In this document: positions 1 to 9,381 of the stretch, piece by piece
Position numbering within the stretch: the stretch's first letter is position 1
Layout: the number at the start of each line of letters is the position of its first letter
NCBI GenBank assembly: GCA_038063755.1
Contig: JBBTUL010000011.1
Location: 71,040-135,039 of the forward strand
Direction: 5' to 3'
DNA length: 64,000 nt
From: Patescibacteria group bacterium
GTDB lineage: Bacteria > Patescibacteriota > Minisyncoccia > UBA6257 > 2-01-FULL-56-20
The notes under the pieces: generated by a model
What the model was told of the DNA's origin: nothing
Seen by the model: only the letters and a program-made list of their open reading frames with translations
Databases searched by the model: none
Translations under genes and position numbers: made by a program

Positions 1-1
1 G

Positions 2-1705
2 GTGGGAGAAGCCATTGTCCGTCCCACGGAGGATTCCCGTATTTTTCGAAATGACGGAAAAGCGACCGACGTATTCAAGGGTGCGAAGGGAGGATCCTTT
101 CTCCTGCGATTACCGGCACCCCAGGGTCCGTTGGTGTTTTCCGAAACCCACCCCGACCAATCGAAGTGGTATTTGAACTCCTCAGTTTCTCTCGAGTGGA
201 CGAACGAAAGCGGGACTCTTGCCAGGGGATACAGCTACATACTGAACAACAATCCCATTGACGTTCCGGATGATATTCCCGAAGGAACACAGACGAGTGT
301 TATATATCGAGACCTTCCCGACGGACGGTATTATTTCCACATCAAATCTCTTAGCAATGAGGGACTATGGGGGCGAGTTACCCATTACGCCTTCAAGATA
401 GACGCTTCTCCTCCCGCGGAATTTCGCATTGCGGCACTCCCGAAAGCAAAAACTTCACGGCGCCAACCGATTCTCCAATTCCAGACTACCGACGCGGAAT
501 CAGGTCTTGATCACTATGAAATGAAAGTTATCCCTCTACGGCGACAGGGGGAGGTTCTTGCGAGCCTCAAGGAGGAGAGTCAGCCGATCTTTTTCGAAGC
601 TCAAAGTCCCTATCTTACTTCTCCTCTTTTTCTTGGGTCCTATGACGTAATCGTGCGCGCATACGATGTAGCGGGTAATTACCGCGACTCTGCGGAGCGG
701 ATAAGGATCGTAAGCGCTCTATTTCGCTCTATCGGAGATGAAGGGCTCGAGGTAAAAGAGCTTGTCGTTATTCCGTGGATGGGAATCTGGAGTTCTTTCG
801 CGCTTCTGATTTTCCTCGCGGGATATCTTGTGTTCGTTATACGCCGCTCTCATAAGAAAACAGCCAAGCAGCAGGAAACGAAAGACCTTCCGGACTATGT
901 GCGAGAAAAAATAGATGAATTGAACAAATACCGTTCAAAATACGGAACTCTTATTGCACTCCTTCTTGCCTTTGCCGCATTATCACTCATCCCGATGGCG
1001 CCTCGGACGGCGAATGCGAGCGAGGATATCCTCCGCCTGGCCCCACCGCTTGTAACCAGCATGGCAAAAGACATCTCAAATGAGGAGATTTTTTACGTGG
1101 GCGGCAGGGTAGAGGCACCGCGCGCGGATGTCGTGCTCTATCTTCAAAACCTGAACACGGGAGAGACGATAAGCCAGGCGACGGTATCGAACGAGAGGGG
1201 AGAATGGTTCTACCGGCACAATACGTTTCTCTCATCCGGAGACTATCTTTTGTGGACCCAGGTGAGGTCGGGAGAGGTTCTTTCGCCCCCAAGTCCGCAG
1301 ATAGAGTTGGGTGTTCGCGAGACGGCGCTTCATTTCGGGGCTTCGCGCTTAAGCTACGAAATGCTCTACCTCATACTTTTATTCGTCCTCTCGGCCATAG
1401 TCCTTGTTCTTATCGGGTTCGCGATTTGGCACCATACAAAATTCAGAAAGGTGAAAAGATCTTTGGCGAAAGAGGTGCGAGAGGCGGAGGAATCAATCCG
1501 ACGTGGATTTGCGGTGCTTCGGAGAGACATTCAAAGCGAACTGGCCTTGTTTAAAAAGACGAAGCTCCCGCAATCGATTTCGCAGGAAGAAAAGATACGG
1601 GAGGCGCAACTGCTCAAAGATTTGGCATGGGTCGAGTCCTATGTCGGAAAGGAGGTTTGGGATATAGAGCGCGCATCGGATCCGCGGTCTAGCGGAGCGT
1701 TGTAG
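2..1705 (+). CDS. partial (5'-truncated at window edge) multi-TM membrane/surface protein of unknown function
   Basis: ORF open to position 2. Three hydrophobic helices (GIWSSFALLIFLAGYLVFVI, LIALLLAFAALSLIP, LYLILLFVLSAIVLVLIGFAIW) separate beta-rich segments. No catalytic motif recognised. Confidence 0.5.
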   Translation: MGEAIVRPTEDSRIFRNDGKATDVFKGAKGGSFLLRLPAPQGPLVFSETHPDQSKWYLNSSVSLEWTNESGTLARGYSYILNNNPIDVPDDIPEGTQTSVIYRDLPDGRYYFHIKSLSNEGLWGRVTHYAFKIDASPPAEFRIAALPKAKTSRRQPILQFQTTDAESGLDHYEMKVIPLRRQGEVLASLKEESQPIFFEAQSPYLTSPLFLGSYDVIVRAYDVAGNYRDSAERIRIVSALFRSIGDEGLEVKELVVIPWMGIWSSFALLIFLAGYLVFVIRRSHKKTAKQQETKDLPDYVREKIDELNKYRSKYGTLIALLLAFAALSLIPMAPRTANASEDILRLAPPLVTSMAKDISNEEIFYVGGRVEAPRADVVLYLQNLNTGETISQATVSNERGEWFYRHNTFLSSGDYLLWTQVRSGEVLSPPSPQIELGVRETALHFGASRLSYEMLYLILLFVLSAIVLVLIGFAIWHHTKFRKVKRSLAKEVREAEESIRRGFAVLRRDIQSELALFKKTKLPQSISQEEKIREAQLLKDLAWVESYVGKEVWDIERASDPRSSGAL

Positions 1706-2585
1706 GGTTCTTTCCCTCAACTTGGATAAGGGTCAAAATGAGGCGACCCGTATCGACATTCGCAGAAAATAATTTCACGCGCTTTTCGGGGCTTGGTTTG
1801 CTTGTAAACGAGGCAAGCGCACTACCCCAGGTCCACACTCCGGGCTCTTCCCCCAACGCCCGTATTTTTCTCGATATCTCAAGTGCAAGCTCGGAATTTT
1901 TTCCGGAAAGAGCTTCCGCAAGATCTTCCGGATCCACGAATCCATCTTCGGACGTGAATTTTGAGGTAAAAGTTGCATTTTCGTGTTTCTGCGGGATCGG
2001 TCTCGACTTTCCCGCCGAGAAGAGTGGAATATTTTTTGCTCCGAGTTTTCCGCCCAAATGCGCGAGGCGTATGAGGAGATCCTTGAACGAGAGGTCATCT
2101 ATCGGGCACGACTCTTCGGCGAGAACGGGTCCGTGGTCGACCTTCTCGTCCATAAGGAACAGCGAAACGCCGGTTGTCGTGTCGCCCTCAAGAATGGATG
2201 TCTGAACGGGAGAGGCACCTCGGTGCTTCGGAAGGAGAGATGGATGAACTCCTATCGCTCCAAGGTTGGGAATCATAAGCACGTCTTCGGGAATAATCTT
2301 CGCGTAAGCGGCTACGATAAATAAATCCGGCTTTAACGCCGCAAGTTCATGTTTCGCATCGGACGGCGAGTGCGGCTGTAAAACGGGTACACGAAGCCCC
2401 GAGATGCGAATATATTGCTTTGTCGCCGGCGAGGTGAGTTCCTTTTTCCGACCGGCTGGTTTGTCGGGATTGCAAACAAGTGCATGGGGAATCAGGCCCC
2501 CGGCGACGAGTTCTTCAAGTACTATTTTCGCGAATTCCGGGCTCCCGAAAAAAACGTACTTTGGGTGAAGTGAATTAATTTTCAT
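1689..2585 (-). CDS. fmt: methionyl-tRNA formyltransferase
   Basis: N-terminal MKINSLHPKYVFFGSPEFA and the HPSLLPKHRGASPVQTSILEGD signature. Start taken at the internal Met (ATG at 2583-2585) that gives the canonical Fmt N-terminus. Overlaps def by 11 nt, as in def-fmt operons. Confidence 0.85.
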   Translation of the reverse strand: MKINSLHPKYVFFGSPEFAKIVLEELVAGGLIPHALVCNPDKPAGRKKELTSPATKQYIRISGLRVPVLQPHSPSDAKHELAALKPDLFIVAAYAKIIPEDVLMIPNLGAIGVHPSLLPKHRGASPVQTSILEGDTTTGVSLFLMDEKVDHGPVLAEESCPIDDLSFKDLLIRLAHLGGKLGAKNIPLFSAGKSRPIPQKHENATFTSKFTSEDGFVDPEDLAEALSGKNSELALEISRKIRALGEEPGVWTWGSALASFTSKPSPEKRVKLFSANVDTGRLILTLIQVEGKNPTTLR

Positions 2586-3084
2586 TTTTACTGATGACTC
2601 TGGTGTTTTTTGCGCGGTCAATAAAAAGAATTCCGTCAAGATGGTCAACCTCGTGTTGAAATATTCGGGCAAGAAGACCCCAGGTTTTTATTTTGATCTT
2701 TTTTCCGGATTTATCGTCGGCGACGATGGTTACTTGATAAGAGCGCTCAACCTGTCCATACACCCCAGGGATACTCAAACATCCCTCCTCTTCGATTCGA
2801 GTTTCTGCACTTTTCTTCTCGATGTGAGGATTGAAAAGAGCATAAAACTTCTTTCCGTTTTCAGAAGGAACCTCTGCCACAAACATGCGAAAAGCATGCC
2901 CAACTTGATTTGCAGAAAGCCCAACGCCGTTCGCTTCTCTCATTGTCGCCTTCATGTCAAAGAGAAGTGCTCTCATTTCTCCCGCGTTAAATTTTGAGAA
3001 ATCGAAAGAAGTTGTTTTTTTTCGTAAAAACTTTTCCTCCTCTTTTTTCTTGACAGTTATTATCCTCATGGCACTTTTTTTCAC
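2575..3084 (-). CDS. def: peptide deformylase
   Basis: GCLSIPG and QHEVDHLDG metal-binding motifs. Confidence 0.9.
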   Translation of the reverse strand: MKKSAMRIITVKKKEEEKFLRKKTTSFDFSKFNAGEMRALLFDMKATMREANGVGLSANQVGHAFRMFVAEVPSENGKKFYALFNPHIEKKSAETRIEEEGCLSIPGVYGQVERSYQVTIVADDKSGKKIKIKTWGLLARIFQHEVDHLDGILFIDRAKNTRVISKNEN

Positions 3085-3344
3085 TTTTTTTCCGCTTCGG
3101 AGAAAACAATCTTCATAAAATAAGCTCCTTTGTTCTTGACCGATTTGTTTTGAGAAATCTCCTTCGCAATTTTTCTTAAGTCCCGCGCTTCATAGCGTTT
3201 CGCCATTTTAATGTAGAGAGACTTGTGCTCTTCGTCGCCCAGGAGTTCTGCAATTTCTAGCCCGAGAAGCTGAAAGTCCGCATAAACTCGGCTTCTTTTT
3301 TTTCTTATCCTTATTTCATTCAAGTAATTTGGGGCAATAGGCAC
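3081..3344 (-). CDS. hypothetical small basic protein (87 aa)
   Basis: ORF with a 4-nt overlap to def and lysine-rich composition. No motif recognised. Confidence 0.4.
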   Translation of the reverse strand: MPIAPNYLNEIRIRKKRSRVYADFQLLGLEIAELLGDEEHKSLYIKMAKRYEARDLRKIAKEISQNKSVKNKGAYFMKIVFSEAEKK

Positions 3345-3383
3345 GTGACCATTGTAATGAAAGGACGGTATTTATTCAACAAG

Positions 3384-3413
3384 TTGCAGAACTGACCGTG
3401 TGCCTGTTAGAAT
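3384..3413 (+). promoter_or_regulatory. candidate sigma70-type promoter for ctpA
   Basis: TTGCAG at 3384-3389, a 17-18 nt spacer, then TAGAAT at 3408-3413, about 12 nt upstream of the ctpA ATG at 3426. Confidence 0.35.
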
Positions 3414-3425
3414 ATACGATACAGA

Positions 3426-4640
3426 ATGAAACATCCAATCTTACTAACAGCCGTTGTGGTTTTTGCCGCAGGTGCTCTTCTTTGGAGCGGATTTTCTCTC
3501 GGCGTTTCGACCGTTTTGAATCGGCCATCTCTTTTGCCGCCTGTCTATCTCGAAAACGTTAGCACGACAACGATAGAGGCCGACTTCGGAACGTTCTGGC
3601 AGGCCTGGAATTCTATCGATAAGATTTATCTCAAAAGCACTTCTACGTCAAAAGAAGATCGCGTTTACGGTGCCATTTCGGGACTAGTAGATTCGCTCGG
3701 CGATCCATATTCAGAGTTTTTCCCTCCGGAAGATGGAAAGAAGTTTCGAGAAGACATACAAGGAGACTTCGGGGGCATCGGAGCACAGATCGGAACCAAG
3801 GAAGGAAGAATTATCATAATTGCTCCACTAAAAGATAGTCCGGCGATGCAGGCTGGGCTGAAAGCAGGGGACTATATCCTTTCCGTAAATGCAACATCAA
3901 CAGCCGGATTAGGTGTTGACCGCGCTGTTCAGATCATTCGAGGACCAATCGATTCAAAGGTGAAGCTTCTCGTTCTTCGCGAGGGATGGGATGAACCCAA
4001 AGAGTACGAGATCGTCCGCGCAAAAATTGTAGCTCCAACTCTTGATTTTTCCATGAAGGAGGGAGGTGTCGCGTATGTGCAGCTCTACAGCTTCAACGGA
4101 AACACCGAACGACTTTTTCGCGACGCCATGATTCAGGCTTTCGGGAGCGGCATGAGGGGACTCGTCTTAGATCTTAGAAATAACCCGGGAGGATACTTGG
4201 ATGTTGCGGTAAATCTTGCTGGATGGTTTGTCCCGCGCGGAAAGATCGTCCTAAGCGAGGAAACGAAGCGGGGAGTGGAAGAAGTCTTTCGAGCGAGCGG
4301 AAATGAGGTTCTTCTTGAAACTCCGGTCGTGATTCTTATAAACGGGGGATCTGCGTCGGCCTCAGAAATTCTAGCCGGAGCACTGCAGGACATCCGAGGA
4401 GCGAAGCTTATCGGTGAAACGACTTTTGGAAAAGGGACCGTTCAGCAGCTCGAAGAATTCGCGGACGGTTCTTCGATTAAGCTAACCATTGCACATTGGG
4501 TTCTTCCGTCCGGAAAAATTCTTGAAGGGAAAGGAATCGGCCCCGATTTCAGCGTTGCGGGAAAGAGTGAAGATGAAAAAGAGCCAGAAGACCTTCAGCT
4601 CAAAAAAGCCATCGAAGTGCTTATGGGTGAAATAAAATAA
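3426..4640 (+). CDS. ctpA: carboxyl-terminal processing protease (S41 family, PDZ-containing)
   Basis: N-terminal signal/TM segment, a PDZ-like region and the LDLRNNPGGYLD S41 signature. Confidence 0.85.
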   Translation: MKHPILLTAVVVFAAGALLWSGFSLGVSTVLNRPSLLPPVYLENVSTTTIEADFGTFWQAWNSIDKIYLKSTSTSKEDRVYGAISGLVDSLGDPYSEFFPPEDGKKFREDIQGDFGGIGAQIGTKEGRIIIIAPLKDSPAMQAGLKAGDYILSVNATSTAGLGVDRAVQIIRGPIDSKVKLLVLREGWDEPKEYEIVRAKIVAPTLDFSMKEGGVAYVQLYSFNGNTERLFRDAMIQAFGSGMRGLVLDLRNNPGGYLDVAVNLAGWFVPRGKIVLSEETKRGVEEVFRASGNEVLLETPVVILINGGSASASEILAGALQDIRGAKLIGETTFGKGTVQQLEEFADGSSIKLTIAHWVLPSGKILEGKGIGPDFSVAGKSEDEKEPEDLQLKKAIEVLMGEIK

Positions 4641-4644
4641 AGAC

Positions 4645-5094
4645 ATGAAGGTCATACTTCTTCAGGACGTACGGAATGTAGGAAAAAAAGACGAAGTGAA
4701 GGAAGTTTCCGATGGGTATGCAAGGAACTCTCTTCTACCGAAAAAGCTTGCGGAACCTGCCACGGCATCCGCACTGAAACGGTTGCAGATTATTCTCATG
4801 GTCAAAGAGAAAGAAAAGAATGAATCACGCGATCATCTGGAAAAATTAAAAAAGATGATCGAAGGAAATACTCTCGAGTTTCACTTAAGGACCGATAGCC
4901 ACGGAACACTTTTCGGTTCGATAAACGGAGAAACAATACTCTCTTCGCTGAGGAGGGAGAAGTTTATTACGAAAGAAAGAGTGTCGGTTTTGCTTCCGCG
5001 CCCCATAAAAGAACTTGGCGAGCACACAATAGTGCTGAGTCTTGGGGATGGAATTGAAGCAAAAATACGAGCTAGAGTACTGCCACAACAGTAG
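4645..5094 (+). CDS. rplI: 50S ribosomal protein L9
   Basis: MKVILLQDVRNVGKKDEVKEVSDGYARNSLLPKKLA is a typical L9 N-domain. Confidence 0.9.
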   Translation: MKVILLQDVRNVGKKDEVKEVSDGYARNSLLPKKLAEPATASALKRLQIILMVKEKEKNESRDHLEKLKKMIEGNTLEFHLRTDSHGTLFGSINGETILSSLRREKFITKERVSVLLPRPIKELGEHTIVLSLGDGIEAKIRARVLPQQ

Positions 5095-5344
5095 CCAGTC
5101 TTCGCGAACCGTCAAATTTCGATTTCATCTTTTTGGAAAACTTCACGATTCCATTTTTCATCGCGTAGAGCGTGTCGTCGTCCGCACGTTTAACATTTTT
5201 TCCCGCGAGGTATTTGCTCCCGCGTTGGCGGATCAAGATTTCTCCGACTCCGATAGGCTGTCCGTCCTGGACTTTTACTCCGAGGCGCTGCGACCTGGAA
5301 TCTCTTCCTAATTTTGTTGAGCCAAGGGCTTTTGTATGTGCCAT
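5072..5344 (-). CDS. rpmA: 50S ribosomal protein L27
   Basis: MAHTKALGSTKLGRDSRSQRLGVK... is the L27 signature. The 3' end overlaps rplI convergently by 23 nt. Confidence 0.85.
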   Translation of the reverse strand: MAHTKALGSTKLGRDSRSQRLGVKVQDGQPIGVGEILIRQRGSKYLAGKNVKRADDDTLYAMKNGIVKFSKKMKSKFDGSRRLATVVAVL

Positions 5345-5553
5345 AGGTGAATATTAACTTATCTATCGTATGGTATAATCGCGTCCATGTCAAACATTAT
5401 AAATATCGCGCGAAGGTATAAAAAAGAGATTTTATTTTTCATTTTTTTCTTTCTTGTGTCAAGCACAAGCTTCGCAGTCGGATATCTTGCTCAAAGCGAA
5501 TTTCTTCGCTCCCCGATAACTATCGAAAAATGCCAAGATAATTTGGGCACCCG

Positions 5554-6156
5554 CTAGCTTGGAGTTTCGTCGGTACGGTCAAGCGAGAAAGCTCGCGCAT
5601 GGATCATTTTCCCAAGGAACGTCGAAAGAAACATAATGAGAATCGCGAGGAAGGTAAATAAAAAGTAATAACTTCTCTCGACGAACATCGAGCCGAAGAA
5701 GTAAATCAGAAATATGCTCGGAGTGCTTCCGATTATGGTTGCAAGCATAAATCGGAGCGGGCTTATGGTGGTAAGGCCGGCTGCATAGCTCATATAATCG
5801 AAGATACCAGAGCTCGGAATTCTCAAAAGAACTAAACCCCAAAATTTTTTCTTTTCGGATATCTTTCCCTCCCAAATAGAGATTCTTGAAAACGCCGATT
5901 TAAAATATTTTTGAAGAAAAGCTCTGTTTAGCACTTTTGCTATCCAGAACGCCACCATCGCGCCACTCACCAGTCCGATCTCTGAGGCAATAAACCCAAC
6001 ACTCCAGGGAAGAATAGCTATTCCTCCAAGATCAACAAGGAACCCAGGGATCGGAGGCACTACTACCGCTACGGCTCGAAGGGCAAGAAGTGATATGAAC
6101 GAAAGTATCGGATGTCCATTGCTTAATAAAAATACTTGTGCAATGTAGTCATCCAT
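5554..6156 (-). CDS. DedA/TVP38-like integral membrane protein
   Basis: Multi-TM protein with a proline-rich re-entrant segment (VVPPIPGFLVDLGGIAILPW). Family assignment is tentative. Confidence 0.45.
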   Translation of the reverse strand: MDDYIAQVFLLSNGHPILSFISLLALRAVAVVVPPIPGFLVDLGGIAILPWSVGFIASEIGLVSGAMVAFWIAKVLNRAFLQKYFKSAFSRISIWEGKISEKKKFWGLVLLRIPSSGIFDYMSYAAGLTTISPLRFMLATIIGSTPSIFLIYFFGSMFVERSYYFLFTFLAILIMFLSTFLGKMIHARAFSLDRTDETPS

Positions 6157-6161
6157 GAATC

Positions 6162-6674
6162 TTAAAAGTATGTGCTGGTAATGCGACCAATAGATATCCC
6201 AATCGCAATAGCGATTCCTCCCAGAAGAAGTATCCTGAAGCTATTTTTGATGACTGGAATGTGCGAAATTCTTGCGTCGATTACACCAAGCGTGAGGAGG
6301 GCGACGAGCGAAAGTCCAATTGAGCAGAGAAGCGCGGTAGATGTCGGAAGAAAAAGATAGGGGAGGAGGGGAATGGCTCCGGAGAGAAGGTATGAAAAAA
6401 ACATTACCACCCCACCCAAGAGAGACTTTTTCATCGATATCTCTTTCTGGAACTCATATTCTTCTGCGGACTGCTCTGCAAGGAGGCTCCCAACCGCCAT
6501 AGAGAAAGCTTCGACGAAAACGAGAACGGCTCCGGTGAGGAAAATAGTTTCTCTTCCAACTTCCGCAATCGCTATTCCAGAAAGAAGTCCGACGGTTGAG
6601 ACCAGGCCGTCTTCAACGCCGAATGTAAAATTCCGAATGTAGGACATTCCGTCTTTTCGCCGGTTTGAACTCAT
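6162..6674 (-). CDS. VIT1/CCC1-family (iron/manganese) transporter homolog
   Basis: FGVEDGLVSTVGLLSGIA motif plus C-terminal TM helices. Confidence 0.75.
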   Translation of the reverse strand: MSSNRRKDGMSYIRNFTFGVEDGLVSTVGLLSGIAIAEVGRETIFLTGAVLVFVEAFSMAVGSLLAEQSAEEYEFQKEISMKKSLLGGVVMFFSYLLSGAIPLLPYLFLPTSTALLCSIGLSLVALLTLGVIDARISHIPVIKNSFRILLLGGIAIAIGISIGRITSTYF

Positions 6675-6690
6675 ATGGGTATATTAGTTT

Positions 6691-6726
6691 AAAAAAAAGA
6701 CAACTCCAAGTCTGGAGTTGTCTTTT
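6691..6726 (-). terminator. rho-independent terminator downstream of the DUF378 gene (palindromic, possibly bidirectional)
   Basis: AAAAAAAA-GACAACTCCA-agt-TGGAGTTGTC-TTTT: a perfect 10-bp stem flanked by an A-run and a T-run. Confidence 0.6.
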
Positions 6727-6738
6727 GCGGGGACGAAA

Positions 6739-6969
6739 CTATCCCTGGGCTACGCCTGAAGCAGACGGTCCACAGGCCTTGCAGTCGGCTTTATGCGCAA
6801 AAAGCTCATAAACGGCCGAGAGGCCAACGAGAATATAGATTATTCTCGAAACCCATGCCGAAGGGCCTCCGAAGAGATTTCCTATCTCCCACTGGAAAAG
6901 CCCGAAAAGAAGCCAGTTCAATCCACCAACAACAAGGAGGATGAACGTTACCATATGCAATCCTTTCAT
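6739..6969 (-). CDS. DUF378-like small membrane protein
   Basis: Two TM helices with the GGLNWLLFGLF pattern typical of DUF378. Confidence 0.6.
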   Translation of the reverse strand: MKGLHMVTFILLVVGGLNWLLFGLFQWEIGNLFGGPSAWVSRIIYILVGLSAVYELFAHKADCKACGPSASGVAQG

Positions 6970-7235
6970 GTTTTAGCATTTATGTTCGAACACCCGACCT
7001 TTATTCCATTATACCATTCCCTCTTGAGACTAATTGACAAACGGGGATGGTGGTTGCTATGGTTTTAAAAGCTAATCTTTCGCTGTGCGGGAGAAATCAT
7101 GCGAACAGTGATCGAGATGTTCGTCCTGATCGGTGAATTCTATGTTTTTCTCATTAAGTGGTTTTGGAGGCACGTGAAAGAGGAAAGGTTCCAGGCCTGG
7201 TAGACAGCGGCATTTCCGGCATATGGCCGGATTTT

Positions 7236-8006
7236 TTATTTCAAGTAACCAATTTTTTTGAGCCACCATTCATTCTCCCACTCCCAAAGACGCTTCGCGC
7301 CCAAGAAAGCTTCGAAGTCCGATTTCCAAAACGGAAATTCTTGAAGTTCGATTACGCCTTGAACGGCACCCCATTCGTGCGCGCTCGTCGCGCAAACTAC
7401 GCGCGAGCCGTTATTGCGAATCTTCTCGCGTCCTCCTTTTGTTCTTTTCGTCGCTCCGCAAATCTGGCACTTGCTTACTTGATCGATCCTCAGAATCCAG
7501 CGTGTGTGAAGGGTCGGGAACGTTTTTTTAAGCGCTTCGATATATGCGGCGGTTTGCAGATTGTAATCGCGATAAATCGATTGCGATGTTTTAATATCCA
7601 AGATGCCAAACTTCCCGTCGATAACGGCGAGCGCATCCACCGTTCCGGCATAGCGGTGTTCGGGATGCAATATCCTTCGCTCGATATAATCCGGCGCAAC
7701 CTTGATCGGAGTTTTCGCGGCGAATTCGCGAAATGCAGTGACCGCCGGAGCGATGGAGGAGGGGACACTGGGATTGAGTCCTAGGAGCAATTCTTCGACA
7801 ACTTCGTGCACCAACGTTCCTTCTTCCGCCGAGCGATTCGAGACGGCCTTTGCCGCTTCTTCGCTCCCCATCTCTTTGTAGAAGTTATGGAGTCCCGGCT
7901 TTGATTTTATCGAGACGATTCGGGTTACCCGTGGATACCACGCATCCTCGATGGTGTATCCGTTCGAATCCATAAACTCATATTCATCCCGGAAATATTC
8001 TGACAT
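7236..8006 (-). CDS. PD-(D/E)XK nuclease-superfamily protein with an inserted Cys ribbon
   Basis: GTVDALAVIDGKFGILDIKTS gives D...(D/E)xK with Lys in DIK. C-x2-C ...C ribbon (CQICGATKRTKGGREKIRNNGSRVVC). 7-nt gap after murC. Confidence 0.6.
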   Translation of the reverse strand: MSEYFRDEYEFMDSNGYTIEDAWYPRVTRIVSIKSKPGLHNFYKEMGSEEAAKAVSNRSAEEGTLVHEVVEELLLGLNPSVPSSIAPAVTAFREFAAKTPIKVAPDYIERRILHPEHRYAGTVDALAVIDGKFGILDIKTSQSIYRDYNLQTAAYIEALKKTFPTLHTRWILRIDQVSKCQICGATKRTKGGREKIRNNGSRVVCATSAHEWGAVQGVIELQEFPFWKSDFEAFLGAKRLWEWENEWWLKKIGYLK

Positions 8007-8013
8007 AGCGTAG

Positions 8014-9381
8014 TTATTTGAGGAGGCGTTCAGTATAGCTCACAATGTCGCCCGCACCCATCATGATGACCATGATTCTGTGCTTTTTGCCTAAGATCGA
8101 ATCCGTGAATTTCAAAAGTGTTTTCCTTGAAAGGGAATGGGGATCTTCAAGGTAGAGAAGGGGGAGGTGTCTGTTCTTCTTCCCGATGGCGCGTGCCAGA
8201 TCGTTCGCGGTCATGACGCCCCTTTCCTCGTCGCGACCCTTTACCCGATAGGTCGGCAAGAGGATAAGCCCATCCGCTTCGTCGAACGCTCCGACAAACT
8301 CTTTGAATAACTTCTTTAACCGTTCGGCATGGTGTGGTTGGAACACCGGCAGGATAAGGTGGCCGCGGAATTTTTCTCGAAATGCACCGATGGTCGCTCG
8401 GATCTCGGTTGGATGGTGCGCGTAGTCGTCAAACACCGTAAATGCCATACCGCCGGAATGAAACGATCCGCGCCTCTCGTATCTTCTCCAGGCCCCGCGA
8501 TACCGTCCAAGCGAAGCAAGAATATCCCTTTTAGGAATTTCAAGAAGAGCGCCCAGTCTGTAAACCGCAAGCGCGTTTGACGCGTTGTGGATCCCAGGGA
8601 TTTGCAATGTGCGACGGATGGCTGGGGCGATACTGTCATCCATCGAATACCAGACAAGTTGTAGTTTATTTTTCCGCACCAACGTCTCGATCTTTCCCTT
8701 GAGCGAGAATAAGTACTCATTGTCGCGATTCAGGATAAGCGAACCGCCGACTTGCGTTTGCGCAAGGAAGCGCAAGAATGTCTTTTTAATGTCGGCAAGA
8801 TCGCGATAACAATCCAAGTGCTCGCGGTCGATATTCGTTACGATAGCGCAGTACGGCGCGTAATTTAAAAATGCTTTTTTGAACTCGTCGGCTTCAAGCA
8901 CCAGGTAATCTCCGTGGCCGTTTCGGAAGTTTGAGTTTCTAAATTCTTTGAGTTTCGTTCCCACGATAACAGTCGGATCAAGACCTACCGAAGTCAAAAG
9001 AAGCGCCGCAAGAGCCGTCGTGGTGCTTTTCCCATGAGCGCCGGAGACGGTAATTGTCTTGTACTCACGGGTAATCCTCCCCACCATTTCGGGGTAGGAG
9101 AGAACTTCTATTTTCCGCTTCCGAGCCTCAAAAAGCTCTTTATTTTCGGGTTTTATGGCATTCGAATATATGACAAGCCTCGCGGCGGGGGGAACCCCTC
9201 CAGAATGGCCAATTTTGAGCTTTACGCCCTCTTTTACCAAGGAATCGGTGAGTTCACTTCGGGTGGCGTCGGAGCCCGAAACAGCCCATTTTTGGGCCAA
9301 AAACCACCTGGCGAGGGAACTTACCCCGATACCGCCGATGCCTATAAAATGGACCGATTTTCTCGCCTGTCTTTTCGTCAT
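8014..9381 (-). CDS. murC: UDP-N-acetylmuramate--L-alanine ligase
   Basis: FIGIGGIGVSSLARW N-terminus, GTKLKEF, Mur ligase middle and C domains. Confidence 0.9.
   Translation of the reverse strand: MTKRQARKSVHFIGIGGIGVSSLARWFLAQKWAVSGSDATRSELTDSLVKEGVKLKIGHSGGVPPAARLVIYSNAIKPENKELFEARKRKIEVLSYPEMVGRITREYKTITVSGAHGKSTTTALAALLLTSVGLDPTVIVGTKLKEFRNSNFRNGHGDYLVLEADEFKKAFLNYAPYCAIVTNIDREHLDCYRDLADIKKTFLRFLAQTQVGGSLILNRDNEYLFSLKGKIETLVRKNKLQLVWYSMDDSIAPAIRRTLQIPGIHNASNALAVYRLGALLEIPKRDILASLGRYRGAWRRYERRGSFHSGGMAFTVFDDYAHHPTEIRATIGAFREKFRGHLILPVFQPHHAERLKKLFKEFVGAFDEADGLILLPTYRVKGRDEERGVMTANDLARAIGKKNRHLPLLYLEDPHSLSRKTLLKFTDSILGKKHRIMVIMMGAGDIVSYTERLLK

Noticed and set aside
5364-5394. Extended -10 TGgTATAAT (plus strand) and TTGACA-17-TACGAT (minus strand) near the rpmA start
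   Set aside because: The plus-strand element has no downstream plus-strand gene. The minus-strand pair could drive rpmA, but its -10 is weak. Too ambiguous to list as a feature.
6981-7000. tRNA-like TTCGAA T-loop strings (also scanned all intergenic gaps)
   Set aside because: No flanking acceptor or T-stem complementarity. No cloverleaf could be built, so no tRNA genes are called in this window.
7072-7269. 65-aa Cys-containing minus ORF in the gap downstream of the PD-(D/E)XK nuclease
   Set aside because: It overlaps the nuclease 3' end by 33 nt, and has no recognisable motif or ribosome-binding context.
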